Of a stretch of 64,000 nt of DNA, positions 36,016 to 50,053 are shown piece after piece. The notes beneath the pieces were generated by a model. That model did not search any database. It saw only the letters and a program-made list of their open reading frames with translations, and was not told the origin of the DNA. Location: assembly GCF_001194135.2 (NCBI RefSeq), contig NC_068984.1, positions 130,474,875 to 130,538,874 of the forward strand, read 5' to 3'. Position numbers and translations under genes: made by a program. The stretch comes from Octopus bimaculoides (lineage: Eukaryota). Numbering within the stretch: the stretch's first letter is position 1; each line of letters opens with the position of its first letter.

Positions 36016-36583
36016 CTATAAACATGATAAACCAAATCAATATAGTAGTAGTAGTAGTCGTAGTTACAATAACCCACCAAGTGAAACAAACAAAACGATT
36101 TTAGTAGTAGCTTTATTAATGATAGCGTTGTTGATATAAAATAAAGAGAAATTATTTGCATTCATGCTGTATAAAACTGAAGAGAGAGTATTTCAAGATA
36201 GAAGTTGATGTACCGGTAATTGTAGAGGAAGCAGAAGAAGTAATACTATGTTCATAATAAACATGAACCATACATTCATCTATCTATCTATCTATCTATC
36301 TAGCTATATCTATATATATTTAATATATGAATATAAATATATAGATATATATAGATACACATCTGTACACACACACGCACACACATACTCTTTAGGTCTT
36401 GTTGGAGATCATCTCTCTCTCTTACAAGGAACAGATTGACACTGACTTTGAAGTCACTGTCAACCCTTTCCTAAATTTGAAAATCCACTTCAAATGTATT
36501 GTGTAATCATTTAATTAATGTTTGACATTCTTGATATATAACTATCTAAAAAATGGTACACACACACACACATTTATACAACC

Positions 36584-36640
<57 letters not shown>

Positions 36641-37023
36641 CATACATACACTCATATATGTATAATTATATACATTCATACACTGTATATATTCTGCAAG
36701 AGTGCTGGACGTAGTCAGATGGTTACCGGGGTTAGGGCTTTTCTATGAATAAGGCACACATTACGAACAATGCAGCAGATGTAAAGCCAATCTTGGTAGA
36801 GTGATGGAATGTGAACGAGAGAATGAAGACGACGACGAAGAAATGTTGAAGAACACCAGCAAGAAGAGATGAAGAGGAAGGAGAAAAAAACAAAGGAAAG
36901 AAGGAAGAATGTTTTTAAACAAAAATGAAAAAAAAACAATCAACACAAACAAAAAAAAAACTTCACAAAAACAAAATGCAGGTAGCCAGAGCAATGGTTG
37001 TCTAGACGGACTGCAATCCTTAC

Positions 37024-37317
37024 CTACAGGAACATGCATGGTATTGCGATTCTCAGGACTGGGTGGTTTGAACCGTGGAGGTGGCGGGTCTGAAGGCGTA
37101 CGATAGTGACCCAAGAAAGAGGCATTGGGCTCGGACCAGTTCCTTGTATGGCCAGATGTTGGCGGTGGAACAGGGGCTGGTGGCTTCTTTTTGGGCGGCA
37201 GTGGAGGCAGACTTGGTCCGCCTGCACCGCTGTGATTATAGCTGTAGGAAGTGGTGTGCAGCAAGGTTCCGTTGGTCTGTGAAGGTGCCGCTCCACCGAT
37301 GCTATAGTGATTCAAAC
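37024..37317 (-). CDS. Asap: ASAP large Pro-rich exon (phase 1-1, 294 nt)
   Basis: catcag|GT TTG AAT...GTA G|gtaagg; LNHYSIGGAAPSQ...PSLPPLPPKKKPPAPVPPP...DPPPPRFKPPSPENRNTMHVPV. Confidence 0.9.
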
Positions 37318-38730
37318 CTGATGCAAATAATGCTGATGAGGCAAAATAAACAACATGTCAATACAAGAAACTTGCTTTGAGAGAGCAAATTGAGGAGATA
37401 GAGGAAGCGAGAGAGAGAAAAAGGGGTAAGGCAGGGAGGGAGGGTGGAAGGGAGATAGAGAGTGAAGGAGGGAGGGAGAAAGAAAGTGAGACAGGTAGGG
37501 ACAGAGAAGGAACAATGAAATAAAAAGAGGAGGAGGAGGAGAAAAGAAAGATTGTATAATGAAAGAAAGGGAAGAGAAAAATACATAGGGAAACACACAG
37601 AATATTTACATATGTACCTTAACTTAATTTACATATTTACATCTGTACCTTAACTTAATTTTGCACTGCTGCAGTCATCAGGCAATTTTATTACTTGATG
37701 ACAGTTGCAATGTGAAATGCAGAAAAGCAATCCGTGAAGACACAACTGTAAACATGTATTATTTTCACTTTACCAAGCTGTACAGAGTACTACTTGTGTT
37801 CAGGTGTAAAATAATTGTAAGCACCAAAACAGGATTTTGTCAGGGATTGATGATGGCAGTAAGTGACAAACCATTCAGGTCCCTGGTGGACACATTAAAA
37901 ACTTGTTTTTGTTAGTAACTGAGCTGACTGAGCTTAACCCATTAGATACCCAGTTGTAAACAACCTAACCTTTTACAGATAAACAACATATTGAAATGTC
38001 ATTAACAATTTTGTCTTTGGTGTCTTTTCATTGACAGATCACAGCTAATATAGGTAGTTTTGTCTGGTAACTAGTGAGTGGTCTGGAATGATTCTATTAC
38101 TTAAATGTATACACTAATATAAGCATTTTCACTTACATGTATGTTCCATTTTTTAAAATGGTTACATACAAAACAGACCATTTGAATTATCTGTACAGCT
38201 GAAACCTATGCAATAATAGATGAAGAGTTGACATTATATTGTGTAATAAACACTGTCTATTCTACAACACTACTGAGTTTTCTGTGTTTTTTTTCATGTT
38301 ATCACACACTGATAAACATTACAGTATGTGTGTGTGTGTATACAAGCATAGCTGTGTGGGTAAGAAGCTTGTTTTGCAACCACATGGTTTCAAGTCCAGC
38401 CCCATTGTGTGGCACCTTGAGTAAGTGTCCTCTACTATAGCTTGGACCAACCAATGCTTTGTGAGCAAATTTGGTGGACACAAACTGTGTGGAACTGTTT
38501 TTGTGTATGTGTGTCTTTGTGTTTCTCCCTCACCATTGCTTGACAACCAGCATTCCTTTTTCTTTTTATATCCCTGTAACTTAGCAGTTTGGCATAGAAA
38601 CTGATAGAATAAGTATCAGACCTAAAAAGTAAGTACTGGGGTTGATTTGTTCAATTAAAACCCTTCAAGGCAGTGCCCCAGCATGGCCACAGTACAATGA
38701 CTGAAATAAAAGATGAAAAAGATAAAAGAC

Positions 38731-38771
<41 letters not shown>

Positions 38772-41174
38772 ATCATCATCACCATTTTAGCATCCACTTT
38801 TCTATGTTTGCATGGATCAGATGCAATTTGTTGAAACAGATTTTCTACACCTGGATGGCCTTCCTGTTGCTAACCCTCATTTGGTCCCAAACAAGGTAAT
38901 ATTTCCTCATGGACTACGTTTAACTTAATAGCACCACCTGGAACAGCATTTTAAGGCAGGTGTTAGGACACCATTGCACACTCAAATAGGGAGGTGTTTG
39001 CCAAGGTGTATACAAGTTTTGGTGGTTTATCTGCTATTTCTAGGAGGAATTTGTCCAGGTAACATTCGAATGTCATAGGATCAATCGTGTGTACTCATGC
39101 ATGATGAAGCACACAAAGAAAGAGAAGAAAAATGTTTGAAATGATAAGATGATTTTTGAGAGGCTGTGATAAAAGATATGATGAGAAAAGAGCTTGTAGT
39201 GGATAAGAGAGAGAGGGAGGGAGAGATAGGAGGAGAGAGAAGGAAGGAGAAACAGAGGGAGGGGGAGAGAGAGAGGGAGGGAGAAAGGGATGGTAAAAGA
39301 AGTGAGTGAGAGAAGAGGTCTGTGAAGCAAGTAAAACCTGAAGTTGTAAAGTTGACATTGTGATGAGTATTTTAAGATATTCATTGATGAGTAACTCATA
39401 TTTGTAATGCAGCATTTGAGTAACATATCTGTAACCCATATGAGGCATGTGACTTATTTGTAATATACATGAGTTGTATGGCACATCTGTAACACAAGAG
39501 TCAAGTGGCAGGTCTTTGTTACGACAGCAGTTAAGAGACTGGTTTGTAACATAGGAGTTCTAGTGATGTCCATGCTGGCATGGGTTGGACGGTTTGGCCA
39601 GGGCTGGCCAGCTGGGGAGCTGCACCAGGCTCCAGTCTGATCTGGCAAGGTTTCTACAGCTGGATGCCCTTCCTAATGCCAACCAAAGTTGGGTCTTTTT
39701 ATGTAGCATTGTATGAGAATTTTTACATGGCACCAGTACAAGTGCTTTTTATGTGGAACTGGCACAAAACTCTTGTAGGCCAGTCCTCTTCACCAGGGGA
39801 AGTAGCCTTAACACTTCTGTTATGAAGTACAGGTCTTCTTGAGTACGTTTCAATATTTTGCCACCTCACCTGAAAGGTTCAGTATGCTGATGTCATCCTA
39901 GCACCAGGGACCAAATAAGCTTATGGAAGGTCCAATTTGCATAAAGGACCTGGTCGGAGGATCCTATTCTGTAATAACATTCCACAATACCATGTGCTTC
40001 CTGTCCTCTCTGTGTACCTGCTTCTTGCCACTCTCTTTGTTAACTTGCCTCTTCCTGCCCTCTCTGTCTCTTTTCTATTTACATTCTCCTCTCCCTCCCA
40101 TTCTCTGTGCATTTGCCGCTTCACCTCTCTGCATTTACTTTCACTTTCTCCAAATAACAGTCTCTGCAATTAACAGGGTTTTTCTATATCACTGATAAAG
40201 ATGCTGCAAGAGAGGAATGGGAGAGGGGTGGGGGTGGGGGTGATGAGGGGAAGGGAAACAGAAAAAGAAAAAACTGAAAAATAAGGATTACTTAGAAAAA
40301 CCAAAAAAAAAAAAAAATTCAAATAATGATAATGATAAATAAAAATATATATATATACAAAAATGAAAAAAAAAAAAAAAAAAGAATTTCTAAAAATTCT
40401 GTGCCAACTACTAAAACTGCATTGTTACATTAGTCATATTGTCCTGGTAAATAATGCAGAAATGCACTTGTAAATAGTGTGATGATGCACAAAGAAATAA
40501 CACAGAATCTGTGAATATTTGCAGAAAATCATTTCTAATGACATTTAGTAATGCACGAGGACTACAATAACTACAAGAATGCACCTGAAATCTACAGTAA
40601 TGTATGAGGTGTACATATCAAAATTGCATAGATACATATGTGAAACTTTGTGTTCCTGCAAAACAAAAAAATACTAAGCTATGTACTTGTAAAGTTACAT
40701 AGATTCACATTTATAGCAAACAATGGTGAATTTGATGATATATATGATAATATATNNNNNNNNNNNNNNNNNNNNNNNNNNNNNNNNNNNNNNNNNNNNN
40801 NNNNNNNNNNNNNNNNNNNNNNNNNNNNNNNNNNNNNNNNNNNNNNNNNNNNNNNNNNNNNNNNNNNNNNNNNNNNNNNNNNNNNNNNNNNNNNNNNNNN
40901 NNNNNNNNNNNNNNNNNNNNNNNNNNNNNNNNNNNNNNNNNNNNNNNNNNNNNNNNNNNNNNNNNNNNNNNNNNNNNNNNNNNNNNNNNNGCGTACGAGC
41001 ACTTTGGTCTCTTATATGTATATGTATATATATATACAATAATATAAATAATATATAAATATATGCATATATCCATACATATATGTACATACCTACATCT
41101 ATGGATATATGCATATATTTATATATTATTTCTATTATTATATGATCGAACACCACGCATCCTTTTCCAAGTAA

Positions 41175-41213
<39 letters not shown>

Positions 41214-43628
41214 CTATATATGTGTGTGTGTATGTAGGTATATATATCATCATCATCATCATCGTTTAACATCCGGTATGTGTGTGTGTGTGTATATATA
41301 TATGTGTGTATATATATATATATATATACCTGTATGCAGCACAGCATTGGTAACACCTGCAAAGATCACATATACATAATTGACACTTGCGCATTGCACT
41401 GCACCAATAAACCTTGTAAAACACTGTGGGCGTGAAAAATCAGTTAAATATATCTGCAGCTTATAAGCAATGCACCTGCAGTGTGTTTTTTGGGGTGGGA
41501 GGGTGAGGTAAACGTTCAGGGGTGTCAGGATGGAATTAACAATTAAATAGCTACATGCTTACACAGAACATTAAGACTTTAAACAAATCACACATGCAAA
41601 TGTATGCAGATTTTAAAACAATACAGATCTATTTTATGTTTGATTTTAAATTGGTGCCGACTGATATTATTGATACATCTTGAACTTAGTGTTACACAAA
41701 ATGTGCTGCATTGATGTGGTCAAAATATGTATATATATATATGTGTGTGTGTGTGTGTATGTATGCATGTGTGAGTATGTGTGCAATATATCTAAATGTA
41801 AGTGTTTGAGTTTTTATATGCATGAGAGGTGTAACAGTATTGCTAACAACTTGGGTTTCAAAGGCCCACAACTCTTCAACACCTCTGTCAAAACAACCTC
41901 ACAGATCTGCAAGGTGTAGATGTGGATGTGTTTAAAGAATATTTGGTCAAACTTTCATCTGAAGTGCCAGATGAACTAACTTCATGACAAGAAACACAAA
42001 GACGATCAGTTCTTCCCAATGGTCTACTTCACTAGAAAGAGTTCTGAAGAGTGGACCAAGAAAGGAGTGTGAAATAAAATGCAATCATGCTAAAGGCAGT
42101 GCCCCAGCATGACCACAGCCTGTGGCTGAAATCAGTAAAAGTAATATGAAAGAGTGTAAGTGGTGTGTGTACTTGCATATGCATGTGTGTATTTATGCAC
42201 ATGGTTCTGGGTTCAGTCCCACTGTGTGGCACCTTGGGCAAGTGGCTTCTACTATAGCCTCGGGCCGACCAAAGCCTTGTGAGTGGATTTGGTAGATGGA
42301 AACAGAAAGAAGCCTGTCGTATATATGTATATATATATGTATGTGTGTGTATATGTTTGTGTGTCTGTGTTTGTCCCCCCAACATCGCTTGACAACCGAT
42401 GCTGGTGTGTTTACGTCCCCGTAACTTAGCGGTTCAGCATAAGAGACCTATAGAATAAGTACTAAGCTTACAAAGAATACGTCCTGGGGTCGATTTGCTC
42501 GACTAAAGGCAGTGCTCCAGCATGGCCGCAGTCAAATGACTGAAACAAGTAAAAGAGTAAAAGAGTATATATATATATATATATATNNNNNNNNNNNNNN
42601 NNNNNNNNNNNNNNNNNNNNNNNNNNNNNNNNNNNNNNNNNNNNNNNNNNNNNNNNNNNNNNNNNNNNNNNNNNNNNNNNNNNNNNNNNNNNNNNNNNNN
42701 NNNNNNNNNNNNNNNNNNNNNNNNNNNNNNNNNNNNNNNNNNNNNNNNNNNNNNNNNNNNNNNNNNNNNNNNNNNNNNNNNNNNNNNNNNNNNNNNNNNN
42801 NNNNNNNNNNNNNNNNNNNNNNNNNNNNNNNNNNNATATATATATATATACATACATATAATACAAGCATATAACACTCATATCTAGTACTTGGCGTTTC
42901 CCAGCAACAGCAGATAAGATTTTAGCCAATTTCCAGCTACCGTTTCATCAGTTCTCATGTGCGTCTATTATATGCAAGTGTTCCATCCTTGTATTGTATA
43001 TTCAATTTAGTCCTCTATTTCAATATTGGTGTGTATTTGTTTCATTTTTACACATTGGCTTGTCAATATATATATCATTTTTAAAAAATAAAAAAAATTA
43101 AATACAGGTTCAGTCCCACTGCACAGCACCTTGGGCACATGCCTTCTACTATAGCCTGGGCTGACCAAAACCTTGTAAGTAGATTTAGTAGACAGAAACT
43201 GAAAGAAGCTCATATATATATATATGTTGAAGACACATACTCCTCTCCTTCTGTAACAGTTTCTTTATCCAGTCTATACCTCACTCAGTTGAGGGGTCTT
43301 ATCTTGTGAGAACTTGGCAACCTCACCAGTGCTGGTGCCACATAAAAAGCACCCAGTACACACTGTAAAATGGCATTAGGAAGGGCATCTAGCAGTAGAA
43401 ACTATGCTAAATGAGACATAGAATCTGGCAGAGCCCTCTTGCTTGTCTGTTCTTGTCAAACTGCCCAATCCATGCCAGCATAGAAAAAGGAACGATGATG
43501 ATGATGATATATATGCGATTCCATGACATTCTGTAATACATTGATCTCGCTATATCATAGCACATTTGATAGCTGATATTTGTGGACGAGCTTTGTAAAG
43601 CAAACTGCAAGGTTTATACCTACATTGA

Positions 43629-43676
<48 letters not shown>

Positions 43677-43819
43677 TTAAATTTGGGTTGAGCTATGAGG
43701 AATAATTACCTTGCTTGGAAATAGGTGAGGGCTGGTGACAGAAAGCACACCCAGTCACAAAAAAATCTGCCTCAACAAATTCCATCTGACTTATGCAAGC
43801 ATGGAAACTTGATGTTAAA

Positions 43820-43960
43820 TGATGAAGATGATGATGATGATGATGGCGGTGAATGTGATGATGATGGTGGTGGTGGTGGTAATTATGACGATGATGATGG
43901 TGATGACAGTGATGATGATGATGATGGTAATGACAGTGATGATGATGATGACAATAATGA
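43820..43960. repeat. (GAT)n microsatellite tail of a SINE
   Basis: Imperfect GAT triplet run following a family-1/2 SINE body. Confidence 0.85.
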
Positions 43961-44492
43961 TGTCCTGGGGTGTTCAGTTCTTAAAAAAGCCACAGCTGAC
44001 ACTTAGTGATCATTTGAATCCAAGAAATGAACCACTCCAAAAGGAGTTTAGTATGTCTTGTGTAGCATCTATAAATATTTTAGCAGAAAAATGTCAATAA
44101 ACTGGACGTGAAGAAGAAACAAAAAAAAAACAAAAAAACTTTTAGGAAAGTTTTAAAGAATTTGCTGCTTTTGAAGAGATTAGCAATAAAAGAAAGTTGA
44201 ATAATTGAGAAGTTTAGTAATATAAATGGGCTGGAGTGGGAGAGAGATGAAGTTATAGGTTAAGATAGCATACAAGAATGAGACCTCATATAAAGATAAG
44301 TTGTTGAGATAAAGTTACATCATAGAAGATAAGATACATCATAGAAGATAAGATACATCATAGAAGATAAGATAGAATTCAGTATTACAAGATACCATAT
44401 CACTTTATTATTCATAAAATAAACTTGATGATATGTTAGAGTTAAATTTAGAATAAGATTTACAAAATATTAAGCAGAATGATATGTATGTA

Positions 44493-44539
<47 letters not shown>

Positions 44540-44542
<3 letters not shown>

Positions 44543-44737
44543 GGAGTAAGCACATAGAATGTGCAACAAGGTGGGAAAAAGAGTACTCAAATACCAGAGG
44601 TAGAGTAATATGCTTTATTTAAAAGCAGCAGAAATATAACAAAAGACTGTTACTCTGAGTTTCATGTTCCTGTTCATTGGGAACGTGAAACTCAGAGTAA
44701 CAGTCTTTTGTTATATTTCTGCTGCTTTTAAATAAAG
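44540..44737. mobile_element. Penelope-like terminal fragment in inverted (head-to-head) arrangement
   Basis: 58-bp inverted arms (44613-44670 / 44680-44737) carrying GAAAC-TCAG-AGTA-ACAGTC (hammerhead stem III, cleavage triplet and stem I 3' strand); next to (TA)n and an N-gap. Confidence 0.55.
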
Positions 44738-47584
44738 NNNNNNNNNNNNNNNNNNNNNNNNNNNNNNNNNNNNNNNNNNNNNNNNNNNNNNNNNNNNNNN
44801 NNNNNNNNNNNNNNNNNNNNNNNNNNNNNNNNNNNNNNNNNNNNNNNNNNNNNNNNNNNNNNNNNNNNNNNNNNNNNNNNNNNNNNNNNNNNNNNNNNNN
44901 NNNNNNNNNNNNNNNNNNNNNNNNNNNNNNNNNNNNNNNNNNNNNNNNNNNNNNNNNNNNNNNNNNNNNNNNNNNNNNNNNNNNNNNNNNNNNNNNNNNN
45001 NNNNNNNNNNNNNNNNNNNNNNNNNNNNNNNNNNNNNNNNNNNNNNNNNNNNNNNNNNNNNNNNNNNNNNNNNNNNNNNNNNNNNNNNNNNNNNNNNNNN
45101 NNNNNNNNNNNNNNNNNNNNNNNNNNNNNNNNNNNNNNNNNNNNNNNNNNNNNNNNNNNNNNNNNNNNNNNNNNNNNNNNNNNNNNNNNNNNNNNNNNNN
45201 NNNNNNNNNNNNNNNNNNNNNNNNNNNNNNNNNNNNNNNNNNNNNNNNNNNNNNNNNNNNNNNNNNNNNNNNNNNNNNNNNNNNNNNNNNNNNNNNNNNN
45301 NNNNNNNNNNNNNNNNNNNNNNNNNNNNNNNNNNNNNNNNNNNNNNNNNNNNNNNNNNNNNNNNNNNNNNNNNNNNNNNNNNNNNNNNNNNNNNNNNNNN
45401 NNNNNNNNNNNNNNNNNNNNNNNNNNNNNNNNNNNNNNNNNNNNNNNNNNNNNNNNNNNNNNNNNNNNNATATATATATATATATATATACACACACACG
45501 TGTGTCCTGGGTATGATTTTAATCTATGTTCAGTAGGGAGAGCCTGGTTCAGGAGTCCCAGTGTTTCGAGTCATGTGGAAACACCACTTAACCACTGTTT
45601 TTCCTAGCTCAGCGGTGGGTTAGCTAGTATGTTACAGAATTGCCTCCAGAGGAAAGTCGTTCATAGACACCTCAGTCTCATCTAAGAGAGGATAGCTCCA
45701 CACCAATCCTACATCCTGGTAACTACTGGGTTCAGGGCATTCATTGCACCAAATACAAGTTTGAAGGACAAGAGAGTAGGACTAGCTCTGCACAAGCCTA
45801 CTAAAATAAATCCCTACTGTTTTGCAGGGTAATTTATTGAGCATTTAAAAAAGCTAATCTCCTCCAGAAAATCTAGGAGGGACTCTGAAAGAGATATTGT
45901 ACATAATCAATATGTGGCATACCCTGTGGTGCTGTGGTTGCTACAAATGTATTGACTTGTCTTTCCTTTGTGATGTATCCATGAGTGGAAAGGTAGCAAG
46001 TATACTTGGGGCAAGGCACATAACTCTGGAAACAACCCAAGTACAGCAGAGGTGAATTAAGCTACTGTCTCTGCAATACCATTGACCAACAACATAAAAG
46101 ACTGCCCATGGACATGTGCTCAAGCTTGAGTGAACACAAAATATTACCCAATGCAGCATTCCAGCACTTTTATTTAAAATACTATGAGTAAGTGAATAAG
46201 TAATTATTAAGTAAAAGAATTTTAAAGAACTGTCATGTATATCCAGCTTGGTTTCTTGTCACATTTGCATTTTTCTTAGTTTCAATATGTTTCTATTTAG
46301 AAATGTCTAGCCTTCGTTATGTATTATTTGCAATGAAGGGAGAACTTCTCAATGTTGCTTCTAGTGTCACAAGTTCAACAGATATTTTGTAGAAGAAAAT
46401 AATGTTAAAAGTATTTTTAAGGAATTGAGGTAGGTCTAGATAAAGATCTGTGATTAACTCTGTTAAGATATGGAACAGATAATTATTACGTAGGAGAAAG
46501 GAGATTTCTTTGATTGTGTTATTAACATCATTATAAGTTAATTTATCAGTTTATCTGTCTTCTCTCTCTTTCTCTTTCTCTCTCTCTCTCTCACACACAC
46601 ACATGCTGTAACAAGAAAAGATTTCTTGACAAGAGTTTTTTTTCAGTGACATTCCCCATTGCTTGTACCTATTTTTGCAGATTTATAATTAAATGAACTG
46701 AAGTATATAGAATAAAGCATTCTACTGAAGGCATACTAAATACAATTACAAATAAATCACTTGGATAGGACACCAATCTATCACAAGTAACTTTTCCAGA
46801 TGATCTGGTACCTATTTTCTGCAATTATAATTAAATGAACAGAAGCTTGTAGAATAAAGTCTTCTGCTAAAGGTACACTGTGATCAAAAATAAATCTCCT
46901 CTGGGATAGGACAGCAAGCTATTGCAAGTAACTTTCCCAGATGATTTGGGACCAATTCCTCTCATTAAAGCTAGAGAAAATGAAGCAAGTTGACCAGAAT
47001 AGATATACCGTGACAAAGAATCCATCTTTGCTTGGATAAGTTGCTGGTCCACCACATGTAATGAACTAGTAATACCTATTACAGATAGCTTGGCAAACAG
47101 AGGAAATTTAGCATACAGTGTTTTGTATGATGGTATGCTTGTTTATGTAGGAGCTGGTGTGGCTGTGTGGTTGAGAAGCATGCTTCTCAACCAAGTGATT
47201 TTGGGTTCAGTCCCACTGCACAGCACCTTGGGTAAGTGTTTTTTTCTACTATAGCCTGAAATCGACCAAAGGCTTGTGAGTGTAGTTAGTAGGTGGAAAC
47301 TGAAAGAAGCCCATCATATATATATGTAATGTATTTGTGTTTATGCTTACCCTTGTCTAGAAATCATGTGATGGTCATAAATGAGCATCATCATCATCAT
47401 CAATGTAAAACATGTTTGGTCATGTTTGGAAATAGGTGAGAGTTGGTCCCAGGAAGGGCATCTGGCCATAGAAAAGTCTGCCTCAACAAATTTTGTCTGA
47501 CCCATGCAAACAATGAAAAGCAGATGTTAAATGATGATGATGTATCTCCATACCACTTCAATCCCTACCCTTTGGGATTCTTCA

Positions 47585-47765
47585 TTAAGTGTGGCAGGTC
47601 AAAGGATAGAAACCTAACTAATGTGGACCACCTCTTCCTTACGGGAAATGAGAGCTGAAGAAAAGCAGGGATTGATCTGGAGAGAAGCAGAAAAGATAGC
47701 CTAGAATTGAGAACAGTAGGGAGAAGTTGCCAATGGCTTATATTCTATAGGGAGCATAAGGAGAG
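47585..47765 (+). mobile_element. RTE-clade LINE 3' fragment
   Basis: Broken frame GRSKD...GLIWREAEKIA*N*EQ*GEVANGLYSIG resembles the RTE ORF terminus. Confidence 0.5.
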
Positions 47766-49172
47766 CCCTATACTTGGTAACATGGCCTGCTTGAAATAGC
47801 AGCCAAATCCCACTCAAACTACACCCTCATATTTTAAAAAAACAGAAGGACAAAATATAGGATCTGTCCTATGAACTGTCTCTTTTCTCCACATTTGGGG
47901 TACTTCTGCTAATGTTCAAAATTGCTATTGCTAGCATCAGCATCAACATCATTGTTATTAAATTTAGCACTGAGTTACATTTCAGGCTATAACTCCAGTT
48001 GGTCACTAAGTCTTATTTCATTGTGGTTAGAACCTCTCCTTATGTGCATATATACACATGCATACACACACACACACACTCATGTGACTATGTATTCATA
48101 AATGCACACACACACACACTAACATGCTTATATTATACAGGTCTGTTTTACTAGATTTTAAGTTTGCTTGATCAAGGGAGAGCTATTTCTAAACAACAAT
48201 ATCAACTTCAAAAGATTTGATTATTATTAATCCTAATTAAAATTGTTCTTCTACACGTCTTAGTAAAGATCCCCTTTGGTCATGAATGACCATAGGACTG
48301 CACCTAAAAAGTTCCCTACCAAGGCACAAATCCAAGCAAGGTTGTTCATGTAAGACCAACAACTGCCCATGCATATCAGTTTCTCCTTTCTATGCCACCA
48401 ATGTTATCCAAGGGAAAGGCAAAGGCTGATACAACTTGGCATGAGTGACGCCGCAACTCGTTTCTACAGCTGAGTGAACTGGAGCAATGTTAAAATAAAG
48501 TGTGTTGCTTAAGAATACAACTCATGGCCTGGTCCAGGAATCAAGCTATCTCATGATTGTGAACCTGATACTCTAACCACTGAGCCATACGCTTACACCA
48601 CTTATGCCTTTAAAATGTATGAAGGGACAATCACAAATCCAATAGCTTAAATATATCTTCAAGAAAAACCTTTTTTTCATCAAAGGTTTTAAACTGTCCC
48701 CAGAGAATGTAACAGAAAATCCCTGGATGTGTAACCCCTTCAATGGGACTGTAATGATACTGTAACAGCAAGCTATGTCCAACATAAAATCTGTTGACAG
48801 TAGGTAGGAGGAAAGGCACCCCAGGTAACGCTTTTATCAGGATGGCACTTTGGAGGTCTGCTGTATAAACCTATATAGGTTTAGGGGACCCAGGGGTGGG
48901 GGTGGGGGTGGGTGACAAACCCAAGGGTTGCACTGAGTGGCACACACTCCAGTTACACCAATGTCAGTTGATTTCAAATATTGCTTTGTTGTCAAGAGAA
49001 GAAACCAGGTTAATTATTAGTGTTGGTGAACGAAGGAGTAGCACCATGATGAGAATTGGAAGAAATAACAGTCGGATGTTGGCAGTAAGAGTGGCAGCAG
49101 CTTCACTGTGCTGAGCCTCATGCAAGTTGCTTGCACACTTACCTGACTTCAGTTTGCTACGGGATAGATAGG

Positions 49173-49698
49173 ATCTCAGCTTAGATTCTACAAGATTCCA
49201 GAATAGGATCACATAAACAAAATTAATAAAACTAATTAAGCTATAATCATACAGTGTAATCACTAATTAATTAGAGTATTAGAATATCAAACAAAAAAAA
49301 AAAACTAATTATTTCTATATTCATACAAAAAAAAAAAATCTTTTTCTGCAAATATTGTGAATATTTGTAAAGGAAATAATGACATGATGTCCAAAATTAT
49401 TCCAAAGAATGTATACGTATTAGTTTTTAGTGATGGAATCTCAGCTTAGATTCTACAAGATTCCAGAATAGGATCACATAATCAAAATTAATAAAACTAA
49501 TTAAGCTATAATCATACAGTGTAATCACTAATTAATTAGAGTATTAGAATATCAAACAAACAAAGAAAAATTATTTCTATATTCATAAAAAAAAAAAAAT
49601 CTTTTTCTGGAAATATTGTGAATATTTGTAAAGGAAATAATGACATGATGTCCAAAATTATTCCAAAGAATGTATACGTATTAGTTTTTAGTGATGGA
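49173..49698. repeat. Near-perfect tandem duplication (265 + 261 bp)
   Basis: 49173-49437 is repeated at 49438-49698 with only a few substitutions and A-run length differences. Confidence 0.9.
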
Positions 49699-49979
49699 AA
49701 CAAACTTTGTAACAAATATCAATTTTCGTATCCAACTAAATTCAGTGTTTTGTTAAGAGTGCTGTAGACTGGACTGTGATAGCTGCCCTCAGGAATCAGT
49801 TCATATCGATGTGAAGTGCTGAAGGAGGACAGATTATATTAGTAAACAAAATTTCATCAGCATTGGAAGACGGCACTGTTGTAACAGGAGGATTATGCAG
49901 TCTACAATGTTCTTAATGACACATCTAAGTTAAGTCAGATGTGGTAATTAATATATATATATATATATATTAGGAATTC

Positions 49980-50053
<74 letters not shown>

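Noticed and set aside
36761-37023. Read-through extension of the 184-aa ORF past the donor at 37024
   Set aside because: Low-complexity Phe/Leu sequence from a U-rich intron following a strong G|GTAAGG donor.
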